DNA of 63,805 nt, filler included, from Lenisia limosa (Eukaryota; Protista; Breviatea), in NCBI GenBank assembly GCA_001655205.1. It is 15 parts of 15 records of this genome, joined end to end, with 100 filler letters (N's around TTAATTAATTAA, not from the genome) between each part and the next. Parts side by side here need not be neighbours in the genome. Positions count along the whole stretch, not along the records: positions 1 to 29,373 come from LPNZ01008861.1; 14 more parts are not named here. The stretch is one strand, 5' to 3'. Of the stretch, positions 13,401-26,393 are shown piece after piece; within the stretch, counting starts at the first letter, position 1, and each line of letters opens with the position of its first letter. The translations under genes and the position numbers were made by a program. The notes beneath the pieces were generated by a model. It saw only the letters and a list, made by a program, of their open reading frames with translations. It ran no database searches and was not told where the DNA came from.

Positions 13401-16400
13401 GTAAGGAGTCGGAACACATAGGTGATGGTCTCGGGCCAATCCAGTTGGAACTCAGCATACAAGGAGGTCACCTGGGGTGGTTAATGGGATCATCATAAAG
13501 ACTCCGCTTCAGCCAAACACACTCACTACTACATTAACACTCCTCAACTTACCTGAATAAACGAAAGGGCGATGCGCAAAGCACCCCAACGGGAAGATGT
13601 GTTGGGATTAATACCGCTGATAAACAGCACGGCAACCAAAAGAAGAATAAGCATAGCCTGCGAGCTGTGAGACAATGTAAGCACGTTAGTCTTGGAAAAC
13701 ATCAAAAAAAGTGAAGCATTTCAGTCTCCAAATACAAGCAGTGGAAGAAACAGCTTGCTTCCTGATTTGCAGAGCAAGCACTTCGTTCCACTCCGATAGT
13801 ATCTAAAGGAAGAGGTGAAAATGATGATAGATCCAACCACCCCTTTGCCTTATATTGCTACGTCTCCTGATTATCCCCATCTCACCCATCTGCGCATGTG
13901 CCGCATGCGAATCCCTCGTATCCATCCGCACAGGCTCCGCCTAGACATTAAGTGATATTTATCAATCTCCTTTGTATTCCTATAAAACACAAGTTGGTAA
14001 ATGTACCCAGTCACAAATGTTCCCAAAACGCTGGTAAATTTAACCTGGATTCAAGATAAAACGTCTTTTATCAAATCAAAGCAACAATTAGAACACGCGA
14101 ATACCCGCATTCCTACCTCTCATACAGGCCCCATCATTCCTACCTCTCATACAGGCCCCATCAAGAGGGCATTTAGTGAAGGTGTTTGAGCTGTCATCCT
14201 CGGCCGTAAAGAAGCTAAAAAGGGAAAGTCAGAACTGAAGTGCCCATCAAATCACCTACCCATCATCTGCTTCAGGTTCCGAATTCCCGGCTTCACATTT
14301 GCCTCCCTGTGGAAATGAACAGATTACATAATGCGAAGTGATACACAGAAGTGGGCAAACGGTCCGAAAAATTAACATATCGACTGTTATCGAGAATTCT
14401 CTCTTTTTGCCAGAATATTAGATCTCAATTTTGTCAATTATGCACCATACCTCAGGACATGCGGTGCAAGAAGACGCATCCTCTGTCTCAAGGTAGTATC
14501 CAGGAAGACACACACATGCGCCAGAATCAATCTCCCCAAATCTGAAGAAGGATGAGAACACAAGAACATTTCAGAGCGTAGTCGTACCCATTTGTAGTGG
14601 CATGTTCTCTACATTCGGTGCAAGAAGTTGCCAAGCCAAGAGAGCTCATAAAGGTTCCTGTGGGGTTTATTACATGGCAACACAAGGGTAGTGGGTCTCC
14701 AAAAAACAGAGCATATTTTCTCATATTGGGGTCAAAAAAATAGCCAAATTTTGTAATTCTCGGTTGTTTATTGGAAAGTTCGGTTAATTGTTAGGAATGT
14801 AACAGACTCCACTCTTTCCCCTCACTCACCATAAGGGCAAGGCATACAAGCTCCAGACCCCACAGCTGGGTCGAAGTAGTAGCCCTGGTCACAGCGACAC
14901 CCCTCATCGGTCATCATGAAGCCGTCCTTGCAGGTGCAGTTTCCGGTTGAATCACTCCCAGCATTAATGGTAGTGGAATACAATGGACAGGTCTCACAGG
15001 TTGACTGAAGATTGGGTTCGGACATAAAGTATCCTAGGTAAAGTCAGGTTTGTCTCCAATATAAAACATTTAGAATAGAAAAACGCGACTAGGGTTTCCC
15101 TTCGGTCCAAAAAAGACTGAAACATCAATTTTATTGACCGGAAATTCGTTTTTTGGTACTGAAATCCCTAACAATCCAACTAACCGTAGTTACAGGAAAG
15201 GCATGCTCCGCCTTCCCCGGAGTTGACGTCAAAATAAGTTCCTTTAGGACACATACAGCCCGAAAGCGTGGCCACAAACCCGTCTTTACAGCTGCAATCC
15301 GCCTCGGCCTTATTGCCCAAGGTGGCGGTGGTGGAGTGCGACGGGCATGCGTCGCAAACCGCTTCAATACTTTCACGAGGCATAAATGTGCCTGAACACG
15401 ATGAACAAAATTGGCTTATTACAGGAAACTTCAGCATGAATTTGGTGGTCTCAACCAACCATAAGGACAAGGCTGACACGTGGCCGAGTTGATGTCAAAG
15501 CGATATCCCCTTTTGCATTTACATCCGGTGTCAGTAGACACAAATCCATCAGTGCAGGTGCAGTTGGCCAGAGATGGGCTTGCAACTTGTAAAGTGGTAG
15601 AATGCGATGGACAGGAGTTGCAAACTGCTTCAAGACTTTCACGCGGCATAAATGTACCTGAATTAAATAAACATCATCCTATTTTGAAAACATGATATTT
15701 TCCTAAAATGTTCAACACTCACCCTTATCGCAAGGCACACAGAGGCCGGCACCAATTGATGAGTCATAACGAAGCCCCTTAGAACACACGCAGCCTGAAG
15801 CGGTCATCATAAACCCATCTCCACAAGAGCAGCTGGAAGACGATGTACTTCCTGTCGAGGGCGTGGATACCTAGGAGGAATTAGGAGTGCCAAGATGCTT
15901 TTCATATCTTATAAAATGCCGATTAATAGTACCGTGTGGAGGGAGTTGTTCTGAAACCAATTGTAATTTGAGAATCTTTGTAACCCAGAAGCAACCTGCT
16001 CACATGATCTCCAACACAATCCGTGCAGTCAAAGTCTCCGGTGTCATTCTTGTACGAGCCCATAGCACATGGGAAGCAAATGTCCCGAATAAAATCCCGT
16101 GCATATCTAGAGAGTAAATCACGTGCATATCTAGAGCGGAGTAAAGGAGGAGTGGGGGACCTCGAAAGATAAATCTACTCAAGACGATTGACCTGACAAC
16201 TCTCCCACCACCTACCCAATATCACAAATGCATGAACCATCTGCATCAGCAACTGAATGTGGAACTGCGGTATGACAGGGTGCCATTGAGACTGGTGACT
16301 GCGAAGGGGGTGACACAATTGAATGTATCGAAAAGGGGTAGTACGTACAAATATGTATGATATGTTCAAGATGTGGTCATGGAGAGCTCTTATTGACGGG

Positions 16401-19400
16401 CTAGGCAACACATGACCCTAACCTACAACTATAACGCTGTTTTCTGCTGAACTCGAGGTAAAAGTGATCTAAAAGGTGTCATTCAGCAATTAAATTCAAC
16501 ATGGTAAAAATCTAACGACTCTGTGGAGTTGTTGTATATCATATGTTTTTACCATTCATGTTACCTCCCACCAGTTCCTGTATAATTCGCCTTACTCCCC
16601 CAAATCACCGTATAATTAACGTCTTGACGGCCCTCCAGGATAAGATCAGGGAATGCTGCTTCGCCACTGTTATCTGTCATTGCAACTCTTCCTCTGAGGC
16701 TTACTGGGGAGGTAAGCAAGCACTGAAGATATTCGAAGAGTGAAACTGAGCCTAGGTTAGATTGCTCACGGGGAGGAGGAGTAACCTCGGCAGTGACGGT
16801 GAAGGCCATGTTGAGCGCAGTCGAATTCGAAGCGTCGTCGTAGGCCTTTGTATGTGAGAAAATAGATTTGTGACCATCTATAAAGCCAATTCAATATCTC
16901 TGATAAGCGTGATGGTGGCTTCGGTCAGATACAACCTTATTATTTCCCATTGCTATAATATATATAAAGCAAATACTCCACCCCTCAGCATCCAGCACCC
17001 CCAACGGTAATGACAGGGACTGGGGTAATTGCGCTGATTCCATTTGTGACAACAGGGCGCTCACTCGACAAGTGGAGTCTGAGAACAGTAAAAAACCACA
17101 ACTATTTATACAGTGATTCTCAAAGTATAGTTCAGTTTATGATAATAAACTGTCGAGAGATTCTCAAAGTTAACGAAAAAGTTATGCCATTTTTCAGAGG
17201 TCCCTCCAACGAATAAGTGCGCACAACTTCCACAAGAGTGTCCAAAGTGTACCACTGCTGTCCATCCAAAGAAAGTGAAAGTTCAACAGCAGTTTCCTGA
17301 GGAAAAAGTTAAGATATTTGGAGTGGCGAGAGGTAATTTATTCGAATTGAGTGATAAGGTAACACCTACATATCATATCAAATCATTGTAGGTTATACTC
17401 TCAAATATTGCCTCAAGAAAGCTCACAGAAAGATAGGGGGCGTCTAAATGGCAGGATAGACTGAAGGTTGAGACAAACAAGGTTGGGACAAGGTTGCCGT
17501 TTGCCTCGAAGGGTAAGCAGGATAACAGAAAGGGGTGTTGAAAGGGGTTTTGTTAAATTGAGGCACTTAGCCTAATACAAAAGAACTTCTTCAACAATAA
17601 ATACGAAATAAGTGTTGTATGCAAATATGGCTTAGAAGAAATGCTTCCACTACAAATGGAAATTTGAGACATTTGGAGCCCCCCCCCCAACCTTGCATTG
17701 GATGTATGGCGTGTTAGCAAGGTACTCTCCTCTGATATCGACATTCTAAAACAAATGATCTACAGCAACACCAGAACATATGGTAAGGTGGGAACGTTTT
17801 CTACCAACACATTCTCAATTGGAAATCGTGATATGGGTCAAATCCAATAATCTCCTTGTTTAAATGATAGAATTTTATCGTGATTTCGAGGACTAATCGA
17901 GAAAGTTCAATTCATTAGCACGAACTGAACCGAGGAGGAACTGAACTGAACTGAACTGAACTGAACGGAACTGAAAGAATCGTAGTTTAATGAGACAAAC
18001 TATCCAGCTCACCATTGGAAGATCCAATGCCATAACTTTCAAGGGGGCAGGGAAGTAGAGCTTCGGTTCGTTATGCATAATACAAGCATTTATATCAGCG
18101 TTACCTACGAAAGATTAGTAAGGTTGACCTAAAAATCAGTATGCTGGTGGATTGTTTGCAAGACGAAACTCAAGCCATATTTACCTGCAGGTGATCCGAA
18201 GACTGGTACTACCTAGAAAGTGAAACAAAACAGAAACGAAAGACCAAGAGTCTTTCCTATGATCCAGATCAATATTGACAACCCCCCACCCACCTGTACA
18301 TCCACTGGCCCTGCAGCCACGGTAGGAACAACAAAGGACAACAGAGTTTCGGAGTGGAGTACTGGCCTGACGTAAATTGAAAAGGCCTGCTGGGTGAGAT
18401 GTATTCAGAACAATGGATGTGTCCGTTAATATACCGTGACTGGGGTAGGTCTTGACCGATTTTCATGAGGAAAATCTTGAGCAAATCGGTCAAGACTTAT
18501 CCTAGTCACTGTATGTATGCTAAGTTATGACTATACCAAGTGTATATGGAGCGTTGGTGTAAGTCAGTAAAAGCACACACAACTTACTTCTGAATTGAAA
18601 ATATGAACGCCAACATCCGAGCCGTCCGGGAACCTTCCGCCAGTCATGGTAATATTGGTCCCTTGGGGATGATATTAACAAAGGACCCAAATAATTGCTT
18701 GTAAGTTGTACAAATAGAGAATATTATGAAAATATCACATCAATTCTTTCTTCTTGATCAATCTTCTTGATCAATCTTCTTGATCAATTACAACCACCAA
18801 GCTGCTAACCTGGGAAAAGGAGAGTCCTATCCACAACTCCATGAGAAGCAATGGAAACAACCTAGGAATGTTAGCACCATAAAAAAATTAACAACACATA
18901 AATAGAACCGTTTATGCATCCTACTGGAATTGAACCTGACAATGCAGTTGTGAAGGGGTACAAATTAACCTAAGCAGATGAGAACCAAATCAACATCAAC
19001 GGTCCATAGAATGCCCAAGGGTGGGGGGGGGGGTGGCAAAATTGGNNNNNNNNNNNNNNNNNNNNNNNNNNNNNNNNNNNNNNNNNNNNNNNNNNNNNNN
19101 NNNNNNNNNNNNNNNNNNNNNNNNNNNNNNCTTTAACTATTCTATTTGGAACCCATGCAACCTCCAGGTCTGTAACATCTGCATCTCTTGATGGTATCTC
19201 AACAACCACCGCATTGTCCACGGAAAGAGAGCAATTGACTAAAGCCCCGTCCTAGAGGTGGTCAGGATGGGGAGGTTAGAAGCAAAGAGGATTCCAAGGT
19301 TATTGGGAAAGAGGATGAAATCCATGATATTGATTCTCTTACAGCTCGTGGGATGGGGTAAAGAAAGAGTGTTCACAAGTCTTGACAAACCAAAGAGCAA

Positions 19401-22400
19401 GACGGCTGGTGATTGATTTGACCTCGTGTTGAAGGCAAGAGCCCTGGAGATGGTGAGTCTTTGAGAGATAATTAAAACTGAAGTGTCAAATATGCATAAG
19501 TAGATGAGAAAAGAAATTAGAAGATAGTATAATTACGCATATTTGTCAAATAGTTAAAACTCCCTTCACCTTGAATACTGAGATTTGTCGTAAGATTTGC
19601 GGGTATGTAATCGGGAACAACTGTCAAATTGGACCATTGTCTAGAACTCTCGTTTTCTAAAGGATTTGTTAAAACAATAATTACTGCTCAAAAGTGGAGA
19701 GAAAGAAGGTTGGAAAAGTACAAGGTCTCAAAACAAACTTAACCTACCAATGATTTTAAATGCACCTGAGGTTGGAGTAGTAAGAGAAACTTCAGCACCA
19801 ACTATAACACTGATTAGCATCCCATAGTTCAGTCGGCTACCACTAACAGAACCAGCACTACAGCGGCACTAGCGCCGCTAGGGCTTCCCAAAGGTCCCAA
19901 AAAACTGAACTCCTAGATAAAATCTTCGATAAATATCGATATTTCTTCAGTCTTCTTTAGACCGTAAGGAAGCCCTAAGTACACATAGGACACCAAAAGA
20001 CCAGGAACAGTTACCCCAAGGCAATATATTTTTTAAGAGTTCTATATTGTTCCGCCACCTACGAGAGCCAACATGCCACCCTCCCTCCGCCTCCAAAGCT
20101 GGGTAGAGAGACGGGTTGGTGACAGGGCCGGCCAAATAGTTGGACTAAATGACATAAGTACTGAGCTTGATCGAACAGGGAAAAGTAAACTATAAGTTCA
20201 AGAAATACACACTCGGAAAGAACCTTAATGTTTCACCAATTGGACCCACATACGCAGTCCTGGTGGAGACTCTGTGTTGACCCGTCAGCTGCAAGGGGGT
20301 TATATGGTGAAATGGGGGATATATACATAGTGTATAATAATCTGGTGAAATGTTGCGGTGGGGGGTAATAAACAATCAAAATCCGTGAACCGTATTCTTC
20401 TGTATGATAGTACCCGTTCAGGTAGGCTCGGATAACAGGCTGTGTGGAAGGCCTGGAATGGAGGTTGCAGCACCACATGTTTTTCCTGTTAGGATAGGTT
20501 ACAGGGATAGGAACTTAAGATGGGAAATCATATTATACCACAAACACTTCGAATAGGAGGATGATGAATTGGGATTATCAGAAGGGGTGAAGCTCACCAA
20601 GTTGTAGCTTGCTTCCATCTTGAGTTGCAATGCACTAGCTCCGCTTGATCATCTGAAGGTATTGGTCATGAAAAATACACAAAAACATGAAGTTGAGCAG
20701 AATAATATATGTAGTAGTCCTATAAAGCATATCATAGGGTACATATCGCATCATTTACTAATATATTTTGTTTCAAACAATCATGGAAACGCGAATGATG
20801 ACCCAAAATACCCCTTGCAATCATGGCGTAGCGTAAGTAGTACGTATACATATCAGCGTATACTTGGTTGTGACTATGCTGGTAGTAATAGTTGATCTAA
20901 GCGGTCAAAAGAATTCCCAATGTAAATTCCCGAATCATTTATGTTCCTCAAACTCTGGCTCCTGGTCTGTAGAGCACCTTAAAGCTGCCTACTGCCTGAA
21001 TTTGTCAGTGACAATGAAATGAAAAAAAGGGGTAACATTTAGGAAGGGGGGATACAGTATTTTTACAAAATTATTCTATATCGCTAAGTTTCCCCATAAT
21101 ATCAATACACATACGGGATCTGCCAATGGAGCGACGGTATCGATGAAGTTGGCCGAGTACACTCGATCCTCTGCGTATCAGCCAAAATGTCATTGGGACA
21201 AAACGAGGAAAAATATATGATAGTACATGTAGTTTATCACAAATATTTGATTTGATTGTGCTATTATATGTACAAATACAATTGATACCCCAAATATAGC
21301 ATTACACCCAAACCAACTTGTCCAGAAACATCCATCATTATTGATGCCCAGAATTGGGTCAAGTGGTGGAGCTCCTAAACAGAGTAAAAATAGTTATTTT
21401 CAAAAAAGTAGTTCCTAAACAGAGTAAATAAGACATTGTGAGAACATAGAGGTAGGCAGTGAAAGTTCAACCATATCCTCTTGTGATATCTTTATTGGCC
21501 GTCAAATACTGAACGAATAAAACACGAGGGTTCACCCCGATTATATTAGAGTCATTGAAACGTGTCTGTCAATTATCACACGATGAGTGGGAAATGATAG
21601 TTAACATCGAAGAGGTTAATACATGTAAAAATTATCACGAACCAAATAAACTAAAACTCTAACCAGAAGAAACAACCAAAGTGATACTATTAGTCCTACC
21701 GAATGCTGTGGGGTCTACGGGTGCGAGGTAACTAGTTGCGGAAGTGCCTTGGATAACGTAGAACTGGCCCGACTCTAATATAAGGAAGAAATGAAAAAAA
21801 AAACTTACACCCAATTTGCAACAGAAATGTGGTCTTCTCAGCGGAAAACCGGTACACTTCATTCAAAGAAACAGGGCATTTATAACACTATATCAGATTT
21901 GGATATTATATACAAAACTATTATTTTGTCAATAGTTAGTAATTATAGTATTAGTATTCCGTAAATGATATTAAACCATTGTCAACCCTCATACTCCCAA
22001 TTGCTACCAGATGTCCGTTGTTGAAGAAGATATATTCGGGTTCGTCTTCGCCGAATCCCTGGGGGAAAGAGCGATAAAACATACATAATATAGCAATGAG
22101 AAATAAATAATATGGTTGTATCTGGACGAAGCCATCCACGTCATCACGCTGATACGAGATATGGGGTTATAATATTAATTCACCCATATAATACACAGAG
22201 AATAGAAAGTGTGATGAAAAAAACAGGAACGTTTAAAATATAATCACAATTATTTTACAACCATTATTTTGCAAATGCCCATTACCTGATGGTCGAGCTC
22301 AGTCCATGTCTGGAAGTGGATTCCTCCAAACTTGCCAACCTAGGGAGTAAATGGTAGAATCTGCCAGAAAGACAGAGCTTTTCATTACTACAAGCACCCA

Positions 22401-25400
22401 TATCAAGATGATATTTGTATCTGGAGACGCAAACTTAATCATGAGTTACTGAAGTTAATATTTTCATTACCCTCTCATACATCTTCGGGAGTTAAAAATC
22501 TGTTCTCATTATAACCTGAAGAGTCTACAACAGAGCCAACGCTGGTACCGGCAACAACAGCTACGTTTCGTTTGCGTGCATCATCATCTAGAAGAGAAGT
22601 AAAAAATAAAGAGGGCACAACGCTTAAATGCTGTATTCTTCTTTCCTTCACTTCCAAGTTTTCTAACTATAATCCAACATACAAACAACAGCATAGGCAA
22701 GTTTATCACTTGAAGCACCGGACACTGGGAGGAAGCCATTGATAGGCATATTGTCGCGGAAGTAGCGGCGATCTTGAAGAAACTGAACAGGTGTAGGTGA
22801 TATAAAGGAACTGAACAGGTGAAAGTGAGAAAAAGGAACTGAACAGGTGAAAGTGATTTTGAAGGAACTAAGGGAATAAAAAGGACTTTGATGCAGAGAT
22901 CCCCTTTTTGATACTCGAGTGTGGGCAATGGGGAAAGTAATACCATTGAAAACTTGCCTGTGAAGAGGTTAGCAGCTGGCTTAACTTGCACTCTCCCATC
23001 AAGGTGAAAGGAAAACCACGCACCCTTCCCATACCCTTCGTCTCTAACTTGACCCACAAACCCAAGAGTACTCAAAGAGCTCCATTTGCTGTTCAGCCCA
23101 TCCAATAAAGGTCCCATTAGCCTCTGAAAAGGTAAGCACCCCAACATAAGCTAAATAGTCACCAATTCATGACAAGCCTACTTTTCACAACAGGGAAGAT
23201 ATACCGAACAAGCTCATCACCTATACATATCAGACTATTGAAATGCAAACGAAAAAGACTCAATTTCTTTCAGTGGATCCGAATTATTCTTGAGCTACAT
23301 GTATTTCATTTTTGTTTGTTGAAGAAATGCGATACAACATGTGTAATTGTGATAAACAGTAAACCAACCAGGTTCTAAAGTGGTGACTACCCAGTCATCA
23401 TCATAGTCATTGACGGTATGTGTCTGGAAGGGATAGCGCAGTTTGGAAGGAGCATTCGGGATAATGACGCGTTTAGTATCTAAATAGGTCAGCTTGCTAT
23501 AGACCTGGTGACCTGTGCCCGAATTTATATATCTCTTGCACCAAGTATTTAACAATCATGGATGGAGGTAAACAAGACTCATATGAAAAACTAGCCCAAC
23601 ATCTCGGCCGCATACCAGTCACAAGTGTGGTAAACCTGAGCTGATTAGAGGGCTCGCATTCCATCTGAATCACTTTTTCTGAACCAAGTGTTGTTGACAC
23701 ATACGGCGTAACCGTCTACAAATGATTGAAATTCATAGATGGGCTAGCCAAAAAACAAACATGTGATAACGAAAAGTCCACACAAATTTTGCAGTTGAAA
23801 AGTACAACAAAATAACAAAAATGAACCTCACAATAAGCTCTGTGCGGTAGTTGTCATAAACATTCGTTTGAGGGAAGGTGAAGAGGTCTCCATTCTCTGA
23901 AATCAATCAAAGAAGTGTCAAATGACTCCCTTTTATAAACAAAAACGTAATGCCCTTTGTAACTCCTCCTAACCCCATGACCAACCAACCATCAAGTACC
24001 AATACCTGATCAGGAAGCATGTAGCAACCCTGCAGCATGAGATGTAGGTCTTGAGTCGTATACAAGTAATCAGCAGAAATGAAAATTGAGAAGAAGCACC
24101 AGAGCATTCCTAAATGAAAGCCTGTGGCAAGAAGAGACATATACGTACACTCTGTGCATATTAATTATACATAATGACAAATCTAAATAAATAATCCCTG
24201 TCACCTTCACAATTTTGGTTGGAGTGGAAAATGTATGGATCAAGAAATATGGGCTAGAGCTGAGTAACTTTGCTGCTGTACCGTCATCTAAATTGTAGGT
24301 CAATTTTAAGAGTGAATCAAGGTCCAAGGAGAGGAAAGATAAAAGGTAAAGCAATCGCGCCCCATACTTCTAAACAGCAACTGGGAAGCACCACTATAGT
24401 CCAATGCGTTTGTGATATTGGCCAACGCGGGGTATCCGCGGTCGTCTGAGTTGGGGTGAGGAAATGGCCATTTGAGGAAGTGTGAAAGGAAAAGACCCCC
24501 TTCATACATGCGAAGGAATTTATTGTTTTGGAAATCGCACCATCAACACCTAAGAAGTTAATTGATCTTTCAAAATTTGGGTCAGTTCAGCCAAAGGAAA
24601 GTACATTTAAATAATTGAAATGAGCATACATATCTACCCCTCATACCCTCCTGCACATCATACCGTTACTCCTGCCCATCATACCGTTACTTCTGCCCCT
24701 CATACCGTTACTCATTAGAAGCCATCCAGGGAAACTGAAAATGTTGTCAAACTTCAAAGATGAAGAGATAACTTTCATGTCAGCGTCACTTGGAAACTTG
24801 AGAAAATCAAATTAATCCACTGAAAAGAAAGCCACGTCATATGACATAATTCCTCCCGTCTTACACCAAAATAATTTTCATGACCAGAGTAGTACCCAAC
24901 AGTGCCTTCGTGAACAACGCCGGAGGCTAAAATATCAACCTCGCTGGACATGGACTTGGAAAATCCTTACACCCGTACATCTGTCTTTGGCATAAATGTT
25001 GCATCCAGCGGTCCAAAGCTTGTCAAAGAAAGCGGTTCCGTGTTTGAATCCCTTTAAGGTGATAATGTGTCTCGTAAATTAAGGAGTATTCTGTCACCAT
25101 CTTGTACAAATAATCGAACAATTTCTTTCAAGAACTGGCCTGAATATTATGTTAAACAAATTGCCAAGTAAAGGTCTAAAACAATATTCACATTCCAACA
25201 TACGACACAGTACTCCTTGCTGTGGGTTGGTGCTCCGAAAACACACGTAGCAGCCACACGTGACTGGTACCTTGACATCACAAGAATGTCCCCACTTTCT
25301 GTTTAAAAGGTTAATTGCGGTTTATTCAAGTCAACAAAACGATTTTCAGAACAAATACTATGCATCTTTTTTCAAAGTTTGGACACTTGATTAACACAAT

Positions 25401-26393
25401 TCAATCACCCTACATTATATGATATGAATAGATGAGCAAAAACACTCTATATCAAGCCGAAGCCGTCCACATCATCACACTGATTGGAGATATTGTAAAT
25501 AAAAATTGGATTGAGCTATCCGATTACACGCAAATAATAAAGATATAATAGTCTCTCCAACTCATACCATAATCGTTTCACCCCCCCCCCCCACTCNNNN
25601 NNNNNNNNNNNNNNNNNNNNNNNNNNNNNNNNNNNNNNNNNNNNNNNNNNNNNNNNNNNNNNNNNNNNNNTTAAGTGAGCGATTGATAAAGAACAACTTT
25701 ACTCACATTTAGGAGGTAGATAAAATTTCATTAAAATAATGTTGTACTAGTAAACGTTTTATATATTTTCATCTCCCAGCACCTTTTTTCCATCTTAATC
25801 ATAATGAATATCAGGAAAACATCGCCACCAGCACCACCACTAAAAATTGTATCAATCGCTCACTTAAAAAGTTAATAAAATATTTTTTCTGAAACGAAAA
25901 ATCAATCGCCCCTTAATTTTACTGGATAATCACAACGACGGGTTAACTATTGATACGGGGACCATTAACCTATCCGCCTATTCAGCCGCCTGCCAATGCC
26001 CAGCCACCATGTAACTTTGCAACATAAGGGAAGTAGTGTGGTGCTCCACAGTAGCCAATAACAGTATCCAACCATGGTCCGTCAACACCAGCTGGCGGTT
26101 CTGTTTCAATCTATGCAGTAAGCCTCTTTCTTGCGCAAGGCGAAGGCGATTTGAAGACTCCCTTCTATTCCGCATGTACCCCCCTCTAACTCTTGACTCA
26201 AAAAGAGGATTTGTGGGAGCAGAAATCAAGGGTGTTGCTGACAAGGTCTGTGATACCAAGATCTCACATAGAACAAAACTTGGAAGAAGAGCAGCAGCTG
26301 TATGGTGAAGGGGAGGCGGAATTGGCGGAGAATATTGATTGCCGTCAGCCTACCAAGAATGAATAAGGTCCAATACAAACTAAACCGTAGCAT
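10452..26393 (-). CDS. Giant multi-pass cell-surface receptor-like protein: signal peptide, long ectodomain (IPT/TIG, Ig-like, Cys-rich GCC2/GCC3-type repeats), multi-TM domain
   Basis: Probable start MLRFSLYWTLFILAAALLPSFVLC (ATG 26393); IPT-like GTNITMTGGRF, LSFVVPTVAAGPVDV, VELSLSLDGQQW; Ig-like SGEAAFPDLILEG; Cys repeats GTFMPRES..CNSCPSHSTT..CTC; juxtamembrane CADGYEGFACGTCADGYYRSGTKC; TM block QVTSLYAEFQLDWPETI, YFDC..DA/EPSVQCYSSEH, YGVLYSRY..YLWEAVIELR, NPF..QLNLLENVC. Exons between ~19000 and 25500 are only partly resolved; the stop (10452 vs 10424) is uncertain. Confidence 0.72.
11040..13670 (-). other. Multi-TM (about 7 helices) domain exons of the giant receptor
   Basis: Successive hydrophobic exons with conserved-looking WP, F-x-C...D-x-S-x-x-C, G-x-L-Y-x-x-Y...WE and PF...N-x-LE motifs typical of protist multi-pass receptor-like proteins. 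Confidence 0.75.
11331..11478 (+). mobile_element. Family B, full diverged copy
   Basis: GCATAGAAAGCCGTGTACACAGAGTTGTAAG...TTCGATCAGATTCAACC...TTTCTCATTAC; antisense to its host gene. Confidence 0.8.
14450..15875 (-). repeat. Array of Cys-rich (GCC2/GCC3, ephrin-receptor-like) repeat exons
   Basis: Exons 15460-15657 (198 nt), 15185-15391 (207 nt) and 14830-15033 (204 nt) each encode one G-x-F-M...C..CP...TT..G/S...C.C..GF.....C.C..G..FD......C..C.YG unit; related units flank them. Confidence 0.85.
15090..15171. mobile_element. MITE family A, degenerate copy
   Basis: TAGGGTTTCCCTTCGGTCCAAAAAAGACTG...GAAATCCCTA between Cys-repeat exons. Confidence 0.75.
17938..17975. repeat. (AACTG)n pentanucleotide repeat
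   Basis: GAACTGAACTGAACTGAACTGAACTGAACGGAACTG; related tracts at ~12588 and 22781-22870. Confidence 0.85.
18432..18513. mobile_element. MITE family C (Tc1/mariner-like hairpin, TA-CAGTG...CACTG-TA)
   Basis: TACCGTGACTGGGGTAGGTCTTGACCGATTT...AAATCGGTCAAGACTTATCCTAGTCACTGTA. Confidence 0.85.
19879..19977. mobile_element. MITE family A (A2 subtype, CCTACGGTCC-type TIR)
   Basis: TAGGGCTTCCCAAAGGTCC...GACCGTAAGGAAGCCCTA. Confidence 0.85.
22093..22190 (-). mobile_element. Family B, reverse copy
   Basis: GCAATGAGAAATAA...GGTTGTATCTGGACGAAGCCATCCAC..CATCACGC...AATTCACCCA. Confidence 0.75.

Noticed and set aside
25978-26259. 93-aa minus ORF as a transposase or independent gene
   Set aside because: Better explained as exons 2-3 of the giant receptor plus intron read-through; no DDE or RT motif.
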